The notes under the pieces were generated by a model, which worked only from the letters and a program-made list of their open reading frames with translations, was not told where the DNA came from and searched no databases. Positions 1 through 12,945 of a stretch of DNA of 64,000 nucleotides are shown in pieces (position 1 is the stretch's first letter; each line of letters starts with the position of its first letter). This DNA is from Saccostrea echinata. Taxonomy: Eukaryota. The position numbers were made by a program, and so were the translations under genes. The DNA lies in assembly GCF_033153115.1 (NCBI RefSeq), contig NW_026889779.1, forward strand, positions 35,216,001 to 35,280,000, given 5' to 3'.

Positions 1-55
1 AAAAATTTGAAAAATTAGATGGAAATAATGGCTGTGTTTATGTGGATAAACTCAC

Positions 56-3000
56 GTGGATTAAAGCTTCCATTGCTGCTCTGTGAGTGTCCAGATGCCA
101 CACTTCCACGGAGTCTTCTGGCACTTTGATCCAGACGTTTATATATATCTTCTGACTGGTATGACTTGAACAGCAATAAGCATTCTCCAACCTCTTCTTG
201 TGAACTAAAAAAGCAATACACTGTATTTTAAAACTGAGTTTTTCCATTCAAATAAAACACTGTACCAGTACCTAAAAATGCTTTTGGATGTGCATGTACA
301 TGAGAGACCTATGGGCCATGACATATTTCTCATTCTTCTTTGCTAGCTGTCACTCAGAAATGGGTAAACTTGAATCAGTGTACATTTTTTTTTTTTTTTT
401 TTTTTTTTTGCCAGCCCCGTTATGCACTTTTTCAAATCAACATTGAAATTACTGAAAATTCTTTAAAACCTTATCAGCATCAGGTCTGCAAGCAGATGGA
501 AATTTCACAGACTAGTTGAATATCTACCCTACATACATTAAAGAATGTTTGCCAATTATTAAATTAACAAAAACATCATATAGAAATAATAAAAGGAAAA
601 AAAACAAGCTAATTCAGAGACTTCGTGTCCTCTACTTTATGATAAAAGATGAGGGTGGAAGAAATGGAAAAATTATGCAGATAGAGAAAGAGAAAAAAGT
701 CAACCTTGACCTTTCAGCTTTTGGCCTCAAAGTTAATAGAAGTCTTTTTTTTAAAGTTAAAGAAATTCATGACCTAAAGTTTCATTGCAAAAGTCTAAAA
801 TTATTATTTGAAAACTACATATGCAATATCTATTTCTAACCTTGACCTTTGACTTTTTGACCTCAAAATCAATATGGGCTTTTTTTTAGGCCATAAGAGC
901 TGTGATATAAAATTTCATTGTAAAAGCTCAAAGGCTTTTAAAGATATCATCCGGAAATAAGTGTTACACACAAACAGAATGTTATGAATTTATGACCTCG
1001 ACCTAATACCTTTTGACCTCAAAATCAATAGCGGTCTTCTTTAGGCCATGGAGAGTTGCAGTATAAAATTTCATTGCAAAAGCTCAAAGGTTTTTTGAGA
1101 TATCATCTGGAAACAAAAGTGTTACACAAAGACAGAATGACAGACAGACAGATGGATGGATGAACAGTTAGACCAAAATTAATATCCCTAACTTTCAGTG
1201 AAAGGGGGGGGGGCAAAGACACAGAGGTTTTAAATCTTATCTTGGTGTAAAAATAATGGTTGAAATCTGTTCCTCTTTGAGGAAGTTTAAAGTTCACAAG
1301 TTTTATAAACAACTAAGGTGCACTCAGAATGGTGAGGGCTTGCTACCTTTCACGAGTCAGCTTCTGTATAACAAACTCCAAACAATTGCTACTGCTCCTG
1401 TGTTTACTCCTGTCTTTAATGAAAGATGGTGTTTGAAGAGAAACTTATTTTGATTGAATGATTTCATTTGTACTCCATTATCATAACATTTATCTTAATT
1501 ATTCAATGTTCAAATTTCATTCAATAATGAAGAAAAAAATTAAGTCCATGAAATGAACATTATTAATTATTTCGCTGTGAAAGTAAATCATGTCCAGTAT
1601 GAATCGAACTTGGGCCAAATATCAGATGTGTCCTATACCATTCAGACCTAATTTTTTTCTGCAATAGAATATAACTCTCAGCATTTAAATTATTGATATA
1701 TTATGAAACATTATAATGAGAATTATTAAGGATTTGGATCTTTTTTCAATAATTTAACCCTGCATGATGGCAATATACATGAAAATTTATATAGAAAATG
1801 AAGTTGCATTTTGCAATTAATCATAGATGTTTTTTTTCATGGGTACATACAGTAAAGCTTGCCTTGTATGTCTTAAACTTACATTTTTGCAAGTTGTACT
1901 ATTCACATGCTTAAGCTAGCCTTAAAAAAATTCCATAAGCCCACAAATTCTTTTTAGTTCAAAAGAGTGCAACCAGTTCTTAAAATAGAAACAGATTTTA
2001 CCAGGACAGTGGCAGTGGCAATAATTTTACTGACCACCTCATTCACACATCTTAAAAGGAGGAACAGGTTTTACAGACACATTCCGAATAATGTCATTAC
2101 AGGACAACTACACATCTTTCAAACATGCTCCATTACATTAGGCCTAGATAAATAAATTGTGTGTTTCTGGTTCCCCAACCGACCCTAAAATATATGAGCC
2201 GACCCTGAAAAATTTATTCGCTGATATTTTTCCGGAAGTAAATGGTTCCATCTTCACTATTAGAAATCCTAATCTTGACCACTGTGGTGTTTGAGAAAAT
2301 GCATATCCTATACACATTAAAAACAAATGCCATCAGTAAGCCTCCCTTTTGGGAAAAAGAAAGGAACTCTTGAATTTTAACAAATAAAATGTTAAAATAA
2401 AATAAAATGTTTTGCCTACCTACCTACCCTATTTTTTCTCGGGCTGGAATAGGAAAATTTATTTATCTTGGCCTTATATAATTACTAATCACCATCTGAA
2501 GGGATGATGCTGGAAGTGTAAAATGTAAACAATGGTTTTCGTAGACTGAAGCCAAGGCAACCTCTAAAGGAAATCTTACCGGCCATTTTCTATAAGGAGG
2601 TTGTTGTCCCGTTTCTCTGGGTTGGCCGTGTACCTTCTGATGCAGGAAATCTTCATACTGACCCACCTTCTCAATTTTGAAATATCCTCATAAACATTAA
2701 CCCTTTCAGCTGTCACTTCCATTATACATTCTCCATCATAATTTAGAAAAATGTTTGGTATTAGGTAAGCTCGAAACATTCCTGAAATCAGATCATTGCA
2801 TCATAAGGCCATTCCAAGTTTTTTCTCTGTTTAGAGTCCACCCATCTTTCAAAAACCTACCTACCTAATCGCAAAAAAACCACACAGGCCAAAAAATAAA
2901 ACACAGGCTTTATAGTCTTAAAAATGATGTCATTCACAGCATTTGATTTCGTAAATCTAATTTTTCTCGAAGAAAAATCTATTCTTTAGCACAATCAAGG

Positions 3001-6000
3001 TATTAAATGCTTAAAATAAGCCTAATATGATATACTGTAGACAAATACTTACAGAAATTGATATAATTAAAAGAATTTTAAAGATTTTGACCAGAATAAT
3101 CAATTTTAAGGCTCCTGATTTTGTTTTTTTTTCTGATTTGGGGTGTCAAAAACCAAGGCACATGTGGACGCTAAACATAGAAAAAAGTTGGAATTGCCTT
3201 ATTTAAAAAGAACAAAGTATGATAGGGCTCATCCTTAGTTACAGAAATAGGGCTATATTAATATGGTCAAAAATGTCTTGTTCAATTAACTAATGAATTA
3301 AATCAAATTTATTTAAAAATCAAATACTCAAAATAAATCAACATCATGCAATGATGTGCCAGGCATTGTTTACTTAAATGGTGTCCCAATTTTCTTTTTT
3401 TCTTTTCTTAATCATATGAACATGGACAATTTAACAGTAAACACACAAACTGAAATTTCAAAAATGCAAATGAATGTACACCTAATATGTCTTGTCAATG
3501 TAAGAAAAACTTCTGACTTAAAAATGGTAATTAAAACTTATGAAATCACGTTTCAAACGGTTTGTCTTATTCAATCATCACTGAAACTTACCCACTGGAA
3601 GAGTATCACTTTTACCAGCCTCTGCCTGCAATTTTTGAAGCCAGTCATCTGCATCTAAAAATTAATGATGACATTTTACAGGTATAAAATGCTTTAATTT
3701 GATAGCACTAATGTTTTTTCTTTCTTTCTTTCTTTTTTTTGAAACACTTTGTTTGGTCTGTTTAATCTACAATAATTATACATTTCACATGAATATAAAA
3801 AAAAAAAAATGCCCAAGAAAGAAAACCTTTCTTTGAAACATGTTAAAAAATCTTTTTCCTCCTGTTTGCCATTTTGAGAACAAATTAATTCTATAAAGTG
3901 TCTCTGTCTGTATTCAACCTGCTACTGTCTATAGATGGACCAATACAAAAAATGCCTAAAACATGTACATAAAGCTTATTAACATGTTAATTTCATATTT
4001 TCCTGCTTATGACCTTGTCAAAATGACCCTGGCTCATGGCAAACCATAAGCCATTAAGGTCAAACATAAAGCTTCATAATATGTACCAGTACATGTACTT
4101 ACATCTGTTGTAGTTTTTTTTTTAAATAATCATAGACAAGTTTATTACTGATACAAGCCATACATTAATTAAGAAACTTTTTGGGTTCAGCATTAACCTC
4201 TTGTGTTTCCAAGCAACAAAGCCATTACCCTTCATGATCTGAGAGAAAATTTTACTTCTCCTCATAGGACTTTAACAAGGTCACTGAGAACCTTTTGTGT
4301 GTGATATGTTTCAACTTCTGTTCTCAACTAGAAATCTGACCAGTCAGCAAGGGCCCCGCCGAGGGGTAGAAATAGGGTGCAGATTAGGGGATGAGAATTT
4401 TACTTGATTCCAAAAAATTTAAAATATATAAAGAATAAGCAACAGCAACTGCTAAATATCCAACAATCTGTAAATAGTATCCTTGTATTTACATAAGGCA
4501 GTAAAAAACATCATATCTATAATAACTCAATTAAATGTATATTTAAAAATGAATGAAGCATGTGTTTTCTAAAATGCCAGCCTTCAGTGAATGCAAATAT
4601 CACCCAGGCTTGACCTTAACTTCAAAACAAATATCAGTTGCAGACAAACTTAAGGTGTTAATTAATCTTAAGGTGACAGAAAGATAACCCTCTAAAATAT
4701 TCTGCAAACCAGCAAGATAATCAAACCCATGGGATTAATTATACTGCTCTCTCAACCTTTTCTAAGTTTACAATAAGAACTTTTTCAGCAATGATAGAAT
4801 GAGGTTATTATCTGAATACCTGTTAAAATAATTAGTATTCTTAAATTTACATAAGGCAGAAAAAAAAGAAAAAAAGGAAGTAATAATAAAAACAATATCT
4901 TTATCTATATCTTGTTTTTAGAATTCAATAAAATCATAACTCATTGTGTATTTTAACAAAATAAAGTATAAACATTATTTAAACCCACATTTCAGAGAAT
5001 GTAAACATCATTCAGAATTGACCTTAACTTCAAAACAAACTTCATTTGCAGACAGAGGTGTTAATTAATCTCAATGTGGCAGATAAAGATAAATGCTTTG
5101 GATTTTCTTCAAGAGGAAAGTTAATTAATCCCAAGAGACTCATTGCAGCCTTTCATAGTTTACAATAGGAACATTCTCAGCAGTTATCTCTCTTTGCCAA
5201 TTCACTCTTATATAAAGTTAAGGAATATACCCCACCACCCCAGCTCCAAACCTGATGACATAGAGAACCAAACTTAGCATCAAAATATGTCTTACTGCCT
5301 ATTCAACCAACATACCAAATTTAAACTTAATTGGTCAACCCTAAAAAAAGTTATTAGAAGAAAAACAGAAAATTTGTGGACGGAAGAATGACAGACGGAC
5401 AGACAGACAGACAGACAGAGTGATTACTATAGGGCACCCGCAAATCCTTGCCGGGCCCTAATTACAAAATTATGGCATGGATATGCTATGCACTAAGAGA
5501 TCAACAAATCCCCCCCCCCAGCAAAGAAATTGTTCACAGGGACATGCATATGATGGGCATCTCTATAGGTATTTGATACTATCTCTATAACTATTTGATA
5601 CTATCTCTATAACTATTTGATACTACATGTATCTCTATAACTATTTGATACCTACCATCATTACATATAAACTGTCGAACTTCACCCCCAGCCAGGGAGA
5701 TTGTGATGCCATGATCTTCATTAAACGACAACCTTACAACCGTTGTCACATCCTGCATGCGAATAAATGAAAGCGGCTTCTCCTCCCGGAACCCCCTCTC
5801 ATCTGCATACTTCACAAATCTTGTTGGACCTTTACTGGAAGGGGCAAACAGAACAACATAGCGTTTCCTCCAAATCTAATGAAAAGAATGTATGAAAAAA
5901 ATAGTCATGAGCTAGGTTCCCAATGTTTTTTTTTCTATGCCTTTTTCCCCCTTCATTTTCACCACTTAAAATCTTATTTCCCCTTAATCTTTATCATGCT

Positions 6001-6694
6001 GCTATAATAAACAAACTGTATATTAAATGCAAGAAGCATGGAAGTGAAATTGGGAACAATTTATTAAGAAGTTGTAAACATGTACATGATGTAATAGTAA
6101 GAATTTTTTTGTTTCTTAGAGTCTTTTTTATCAAATTTTACTATTCTGAAAAAGTGAACTAGGCATAATAACTATGACAATCAATAATATACCAATGGTT
6201 ATTGTCAACACTGAAATACCTGGTTTGCACTTACATTTAAATGTACATATAGCTCTTAGGCATACACGTATTACATTCACTGTGAAATTTCCTAGTTCTC
6301 CCATTTAATATGTGGATAAACACAAATGCCTTTTGCCCTTTTCTTTTCACTTCTGCTTCAAGAAGCAGGAATTATTTACTTTTTTAACTATTGATTTTTC
6401 AATCCAAATCCAGGAAGAAATTCAAAAGGAATAGCATAATACATACAATCATACATAAATTAAATTAAAGTTTACATATTACAGTGTATTATGCTCATAT
6501 ATCCAGGAAGAACGCTGGGATTAAGTTAGGTTTTTTTTTTCAGTTAAGTGAAATCATATATTAACATGTGTAAGTCTGTATGCACAAGTATAATATACAC
6601 TCACCCCAAAGGTCTTGCTTTTCATGCGAACCTCCCCCTCTTTTAAGATAATGGACTGTTCCACTCCTTGGTAACCACCATCACCACCATTCAT
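56..6694 (-). CDS. Docking protein (DOK4/5/6-like) PH + IRS-type PTB adaptor, 3'-partial
   Basis: Coding exons 6694-6605, 5875-5656, 3654-3592, 2781-2580 and 204-56, all GT-AG with consistent phases (0,1,1,2). Translation MNGGDGGYQGVEQSIILKEGEVRMKSKTFG/IWRKRYVVLFAPSSKGPTRFVKY...DADDWLQKL matches a DOK-type PH domain; ...IRRY...LLIENGRSQEEVGECLLLFKSYQSEDIYKRL is PTB-like. The donor at 55 shows the gene continues beyond the window. Paralogue not assignable. Confidence 0.8.
700..1212 (+). mobile_element. Interspersed tandem-unit element (family shared with 53295-54068)
   Basis: Units containing GACCTCAAAATCAATA..TTTCATTGCAAAAGCTC, then (GACA)n and AAATTAATATCCC..CAGTGAAAGGGG. Confidence 0.7.
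2138..2476. mobile_element. MITE (AGGCC...GGCCT termini)
   Basis: Terminal inverted repeats AGGCCTAGATAAATAAATT / AATTTATTTATCTTGGCCT. Confidence 0.7.
2804..3201. mobile_element. MITE (TAAGGC...GCCTTA termini)
   Basis: Imperfect ~35-bp TIRs TAAGGCCATTCCAAGTTTTTTCTCTGTTTAG / CTAAACATAGAAAAAAGTTGGAATTGCCTTA. Confidence 0.75.
4325..5462. mobile_element. Probable Helentron-like element with two diverged ~400-bp internal units
   Basis: AACTAGAAA..GGGCCCCGC at the start; (GACA)n plus TAGGGCACCCGC..GGGCCCTA at the end; duplicated motifs TTTACATAAGGCAG (~4488, 4846) and TTGACCTTAACTTCAAAACAAA (~4610, 5018). Confidence 0.55.
5569..5650. repeat. 22-bp tandem repeat adjoining the DOK exon donor
   Basis: About 3.5 copies of TATTTGATACTATCTCTATAAC. 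Confidence 0.85.
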
Positions 6695-7315
6695 CTTCAA
6701 ACATTATAACAAAGTGCACTTCAAAAAAGACATCCTGATAAAAAAAAAATAATAATAATTATTATCACGAAAAGTTCATAATAAATTTAATAATTAATAA
6801 AAATTCATAACGAGTGCATTATGAAGACGTTGATCCTGTTCAAAACATTATTTACAATACTGAAATTACCAGATAATTGTCAATTAAAAGTCCCCAACTC
6901 TAGGCTGCTTGTCAACAAGAGAATTAGTTTTTGACTCCGTTATTCATTCAAGAAAATGTTGAAGTAATATTAGCATCACTCACCCATATACATGTACATA
7001 AATAAACAAAAATGTCATCTCAATGACACTACATGTACACATATATGATATATATGTATAAAACATATAAACAGATGATACTATAGCACATGAATTTCCT
7101 AATTGTCAGTCAAAGGCTGTGATTTTTTTCACATGACAGAACTTGATCATTAGCATGTTACTTGTAAGTTTTAAAGCAATCACATGTCAATTTTCTAATG
7201 TAACAATAATTACTTTAATACAAAATTATATTGAACACAACACATAAACATGAGATTGTGTTTCACGTGACACTGATATTGTAAATGCCAGCTATCATAC
7301 TCCATCATTATGAAA

Positions 7316-7497
7316 TACAGTTGAACTTCAGTAATATCTCGAACACTGATATCTCGAATACCATGGATATGTCGAAGTGATTTGGAAGTCCCAACCCCTT
7401 ATTCTTTAAGTATTTTACCCCAGTTATCTTGAATCCTCGGTTATCTCCAAGTTTTTCCTTGCTTCCATTGAGTTTGAGATAACAAGGTTTGACTGTA
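7316..7497. mobile_element. Tc1/mariner (pogo-like) MITE
   Basis: TA-CAGTTGAACTT...AAGGTTTGACTG-TA, with TA flanks. Confidence 0.7.
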
Positions 7498-8691
7498 CTT
7501 CCAAAACATCACATTACCTTAAGTTTCAATTAATATGTCGACATTTTCTCTTCAGAAAACTCCCCGTATATGAGACTATTTTCATTTTTTTTTTACTTTA
7601 TATCACACACATTTTATTCAAGTTGAAGATTTCACCTGTGTATGTAAGTACCTGTGCTTATAAGTGTATGTATAAGGACATGTACTCTACACTCTCAAGG
7701 ACTATTATAGGCACTACACGATTACAAAGGAGTGATTGTGAATGAACAATTGAGTTACATTATAAACTGCTTTATTAGTTTTACCTTTATTCTTCTCATA
7801 TTTTTTTTATTGTATCAAATTATATATTTCTTGTCTTTTTGTGGGATGACAAAAATTATGAAATTAACACTGTAGAAGTGAAAGTATCTTAATTAAAGAG
7901 CAGATTGATATATATGGTGAAAAATGAAATGGATTTAAAAGGGGATAAACACAGATTTTTTTTCCCCTTCTAGAAACTGCATGAATAACCAGTAAAAGTT
8001 ACCTGTATAGTGACTACCAGTATATAAATAGTGTGACAACTATACCAGTACATCATGGGACTGTATTGTATGTCAAAATTCCACCACACATTTAATAAAG
8101 TGCACTGCTAGGTTACATGACATGCTTAAATTTGGAACTACATGATGCATATCTGTTTATGCATATTCATAGTCACCAACTGTGACCTTGTCATTTGCAA
8201 GTACAATGGAACATGGAATAAAGTTACTGTAAACATGTCTTAAGCTCCACATATTAATGCAAAGATTTACACGTAAACAAAAAGAGCTTTCTCTTTATTG
8301 TTATCTATTGAAAGAATCACTGCTAAAAAAGCAAAATTCATTGTTTAATGCTCCAATGCTTCACTATGTTAAGGATTTGGCCTGGAAACAATTTGATTAG
8401 CTATAGCTAGTATTGAATTCCAAAATGAGGTCACAATGACCTTTTGGGGGCCATGATATAACCCCACCCCACCCACCCCTTTCAAGATCATCAAATGGCA
8501 AGTATTCCTAGTCCTCCTAGTGTGCAAGATATGAACCTAACATGATATTTGACTATGTATCACTGTAAAATTCCCACAAATATGTTTTAGCAACAACAAA
8601 AAATTAATTTGAAAATACACATGGTAGAACATAGTTACCAAGATTTTGCTATCTATAAATATTCATTATTGTATCTGCCATCAAGAATTAG

Positions 8692-9097
8692 TAGGGCTGC
8701 ACAATAATATCGATATTCCAGTATATTGCGATTCGTTAACAAAAAATATCGTATACCGATGTTTTTCCAGTACCAATATACCGGCAAAATGATTGGGCTT
8801 TAGATTTATGAAGTAAAATATGAAATTTAAGCAATGTTTTCAATCATGCTAAACAGTACCAAACGGTAAAGGTTTCTGTTGCATTTATTTGCCAAACCGT
8901 AGTAAAATTGAATAATAGAACTTTTTTTGTTACAACATATTTATAAAAGTTTTATACACTCTGCTATAAATGGAGGTTAAAAAAATAAGAAAAGAGCATT
9001 TAAACTCTTATTTAAAATATTGCAATACATATCGCAATACAGTTCCAAATATCGCAATATATTGCAATAGGAGATTTCCAACCGATATTCAGCCCTA
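8692..9097. mobile_element. hAT-like MITE
   Basis: TIRs TAGGGCTG / CAGCCCTA; 8-bp flanks AGAATTAG and ATAATTAG (7/8 match); internal ATCGCAATA repeats. Confidence 0.75.
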
Positions 9098-9634
9098 ATA
9101 ATTAGGGATTTTTCATAATTATTTGTTTTGCAGACATAATATTCAGGCACATAGTAATGAAAAGTTGGAACCTTGCTTGTCAAAGGTTTTATAGGTATCT
9201 AGTCAATTATTTCTGCATTCTGAAGCCCCCTTCCACCACCCCACCCCAACCCGGCCCCCATAAAAATATTATTAATACACTGTATGTGCCTAATCTTCTT
9301 TTTTTTTTTTTTAGGAAATCAATGCAGAAACCATCTCCTTAATATTATTCAATGTAATTCATGTTTCACTTGGAAACCTGTATAACACTACATTATAAAC
9401 AATAAATAGTATAGTTATGTGGAATATGCTATATGGATTAAAATGAAAACTTGTTATATGTTCTGCCATGGAGTATGCACTACTGAATGCAATGTACAGT
9501 TTGCTAAAAAAATTGTAACAGTTCTTTATTTTAAAAACACAAATCTGTCTGAAAATGTATATATTGATATAGATCATATTTCTTCAAGTTACCTGCCGGA
9601 ATTATTACACCGCGAACAAATCCTCACGTCAGGC

Positions 9635-10170
9635 AATCTAATTAAAATTAGATGTTCCGAATCTCAAAGATCTAACAACATCCCATTCGGAGTCACATCA
9701 GAGCGACCTTTTGATTAGCCAATGAAATTGCTGCCTCCAAAATCTTGGCTTATGGTTCGGATGCATTTCTTTTTTCAGTGCTAAACCTAAACGCCCAAGG
9801 AGTTTCGTAGTAAACAAAACATGCATGGCAAAGGCCATGCTATGTATGAATGTGACGTGCGGGATGACTTGTATAGTTTGTGCATTTTCATTTGAGTTAC
9901 TTCAGGTAAGAATGCTAGATTGGAGGACTATACATTTAATTTATACCAAAATTACTTGAATTCAACATAAGACAGACTACTGAGCATCACTAATGTTAAG
10001 ATGTAGCTGTGGAACTAATTTTAGAATCGTACAGGGAAGCTCAAATCTGATTGGCCAAAATGTTCAAGTTTATTTCTAATCAAAAGGTTGCTCTAACGTG
10101 ACCCCAAATGGGATGTTGCTAGATTTTGAGAAGCGGTAGCGGATTCAGAACATCTAATTTTAATTAGATT
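9635..10170. mobile_element. MITE-like element with ~85-bp terminal inverted repeats
   Basis: 9635-9718 is the reverse complement of ~10076-10170, apart from a short indel and substitutions. Confidence 0.75.
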
Positions 10171-10178
10171 ACATGTCA

Positions 10179-10501
10179 GGGGTTCTTAGTCAACATGTTG
10201 CTGGTTGGACCACTGACAAATTTCATTCGATATCTTACAGGCTGACTGCAGCGACGTCTTTCGGAAAAATTACAAATATTGATTGTTTTTCTTACCTCTC
10301 AACCGATCAAACTGCTGGTTTTTTGGTGATAACCAATGTGTAACACATGCATTTTAGGTGTCACCTGATTCCCTTCTCAACCTGTTTACATTATATGTAT
10401 ACTTCAATTTGATTGGTGTTTCACAATGAGAGAAGCAAGCCTGAATAAAACTGAATGAAATTTGTCAGGGGTCTAACAGCACCATGTTGACTCAGGGCCC
10501 C
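10179..10501. mobile_element. MITE (related to 35211-35552)
   Basis: Imperfect ~48-bp TIRs GGGGTTCTTAGTCAACATG.. / ..CATGTTGACTCAGGGCCCC. Confidence 0.7.
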
Positions 10502-10596
10502 AAACACTATGAGGATGCAGTGAACAGAAATATATACAACTCTAGCAATTAATTTAAAATATTTTAAAATGTTGGTGTTTTAGTATCATACCTGTG

Positions 10597-10679
10597 GGAG
10601 CACCTAATGCCAGTTTATGTTTAATAAATACAGGTATTATACCTGTATTTATTAAACATAAACTGGCACTAGGTGCTCC
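10597..10679. repeat. Near-perfect 83-bp palindrome
   Basis: 41-bp arms with one mismatch and a single central base. Confidence 0.9.
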
Positions 10680-12060
10680 TTAAAGCTTACAGTTAGATAA
10701 ATACTGTGTATGTTAGCAAAGGAATCCAATTATATTGAATGGACTCATTAAAGATGCTGGATGCAGTTGTGAACATGATGGTAGAACTTGAGGCACCTGA
10801 ATTTTTATCGATAAGTTGCATATAAGGTCCAACAAAAAACTCTACTCCCTTTTTATAAATATAAGTTGGGGTTATATAGGACTTTAATGACTTTATTTGT
10901 AACTTATTAGGCCTAAATAAAAAAAAAATTAGTACCTATGGTGCAAGAAAAAATGTGTTATGCCCATTTAATTGAAAATAATCTAGCCCAGCGACACATT
11001 CAAAAGTGTGTGGTAGAAGAGAATGAACTCTTACCTTACATCAAAGTTTTCAAGGTGTACTTTGCGGTGTCGTTTTTCATTCTCTTGTTATTTTTGTTTT
11101 CTTGAGACTTGAGTTTTTGGGTTTGCCCACCGGATATCTTTTACGGTATAACGAACCCGATCCAATTTTTAAATTAACACAGTGAACTCATTGCTGAAAT
11201 ATTTCCTGTACCACTTGAATGCAGAATATTTTGTTTGAATAAGCTAAAGGCATGTAAATAAAAGACATGACTAACGTTTTTTAACGAATGAAAGAGTGGA
11301 TAAATAAGTTCAGAGACATGATTATTTATGCATCGTCCAACTATGATCAAATTCATATCATTTATGTAACGTTAGGCCTACAGTTTTTTTTTTTAAAAAT
11401 CCGACAGTAATTATTTTCATTAAGAATTCACAGATAGGATACCAACCAGTTTAAACTTTTTTTTACTCTAAGGATACACTGTACATGTACCGTAGAATAA
11501 GGAAATTTTCCGTTATTGTGATGTTCAAACGGGACGTATAGTCAGAAAGAGAATAAATTTAACATGCTGCCCCCTTCTAAAAGGAAGAAAAATATAAATT
11601 CTAGTCCAGAAGTGTATAACTATCATCCTATCATGTCACCCCCTTTTTTCATAACGAGCCAAACAGTCATAATTAATTTCACATGCAGTTCTTTCCAGAA
11701 AATTTAAAAAAAATACCAATACCGACAAATAAATGAAGTATATATTCCGGTATACTAATGTTTTCAATTTCGTCTTCCAAAGATATACAGAATTTGCTCG
11801 GATATCTCTTTTAGCATATTTGACTTCGTACTGACTTAACAACAGGCTAGATTAAATAAAAATAAAAAGACCGTCGGAAGGGGGTGGGTGGGTACGATCG
11901 CACCCCCTTAAAAAAAAACAATCGAAAATCTATAGTGTTTGAAACAAAGCAATTTTTTAAAAAATTATTTTTGTGTTTATAGTAATGCTGCTTTATTTTG
12001 TTAATTTGAAAAAATGACTTTAGAAATGCATCAGAACCCATCAAAATGGTACCATTTATA

Positions 12061-12062
<2 letters not shown>

Positions 12063-12124
<62 letters not shown>
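12063..12124. repeat. Compound (CT)n(AT)n microsatellite
   Basis: Seen directly. Confidence 0.97.
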
Positions 12125-12509
12125 GTGGCTCTGAGATCCTTCACCAGCGATGGCCCTGAATAAAGTGCTTTACCATCTCAAGCTAAAATGGAAAATATGT
12201 ATCATACAAATGCATATCGTGATGACTGACCATGAAGTTTGTTAAATTGACTTGAGACAAAAGTATTCTGTGGGTGCATGACAAAGACTTATATAGTCAA
12301 AGGGGGCTGGGAGATCTTTGTGGCGCCACTGTTTTGGTCATAACAGTAAATCCATTCCGAAAATGTAGGAAAATTATATGAAATATCCTTTTTCCCTTTG
12401 TCAAATGTCTTCGCAACTAGTTAAACTGAAAAAAACAATTCCCCTACTGTGTCCTACTTCTTTGTCGGAGTTTTGTCATTGTCCAATTTTAATAGGGGTG
12501 AGGGAATTG

Positions 12510-12775
12510 TCAGCGGCGGATCCATGAATTTCATAACGGGGGGGGGGTGCAGTAGAAGGCAAGGAGGGGGTTCTGGAGGCTGCATTGAAGTCCCCACTGG
12601 TTCCAGGGCAAAGCCCTGGTGTGGATTCGGAGGCTTCGTCCCCGGAAGCTGAGAAATCTTACAAATAAGAGGCGTTTTTTCCTTGATTTTAGGATAATGG
12701 ATATATCAGTTCTATATACATGTAAAAAAAAAAATCAAAGAAGGGGGTGCATGGTGTTGCGCTGGATCCGCCTTC
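12510..12775. mobile_element. GC-rich MITE (GGCGGATCC termini)
   Basis: GGCGGATCCA / TGGATCCGCC inverted ends. Confidence 0.6.
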
Positions 12776-12945
12776 GATTGTCGACAATTGAATTGGAAGT
12801 CACATTTACTTGGTTAAACCTCTGACTCTTTTATCAAGTTTGTAACTACGCCACGTATATAATGATATTCCAATCCCGACCCTGTCCTTTAACTGTTTAA
12901 AGAGGTGTAAATTCTTTATTTACTTTTAATTTTTCTCATAATAAA

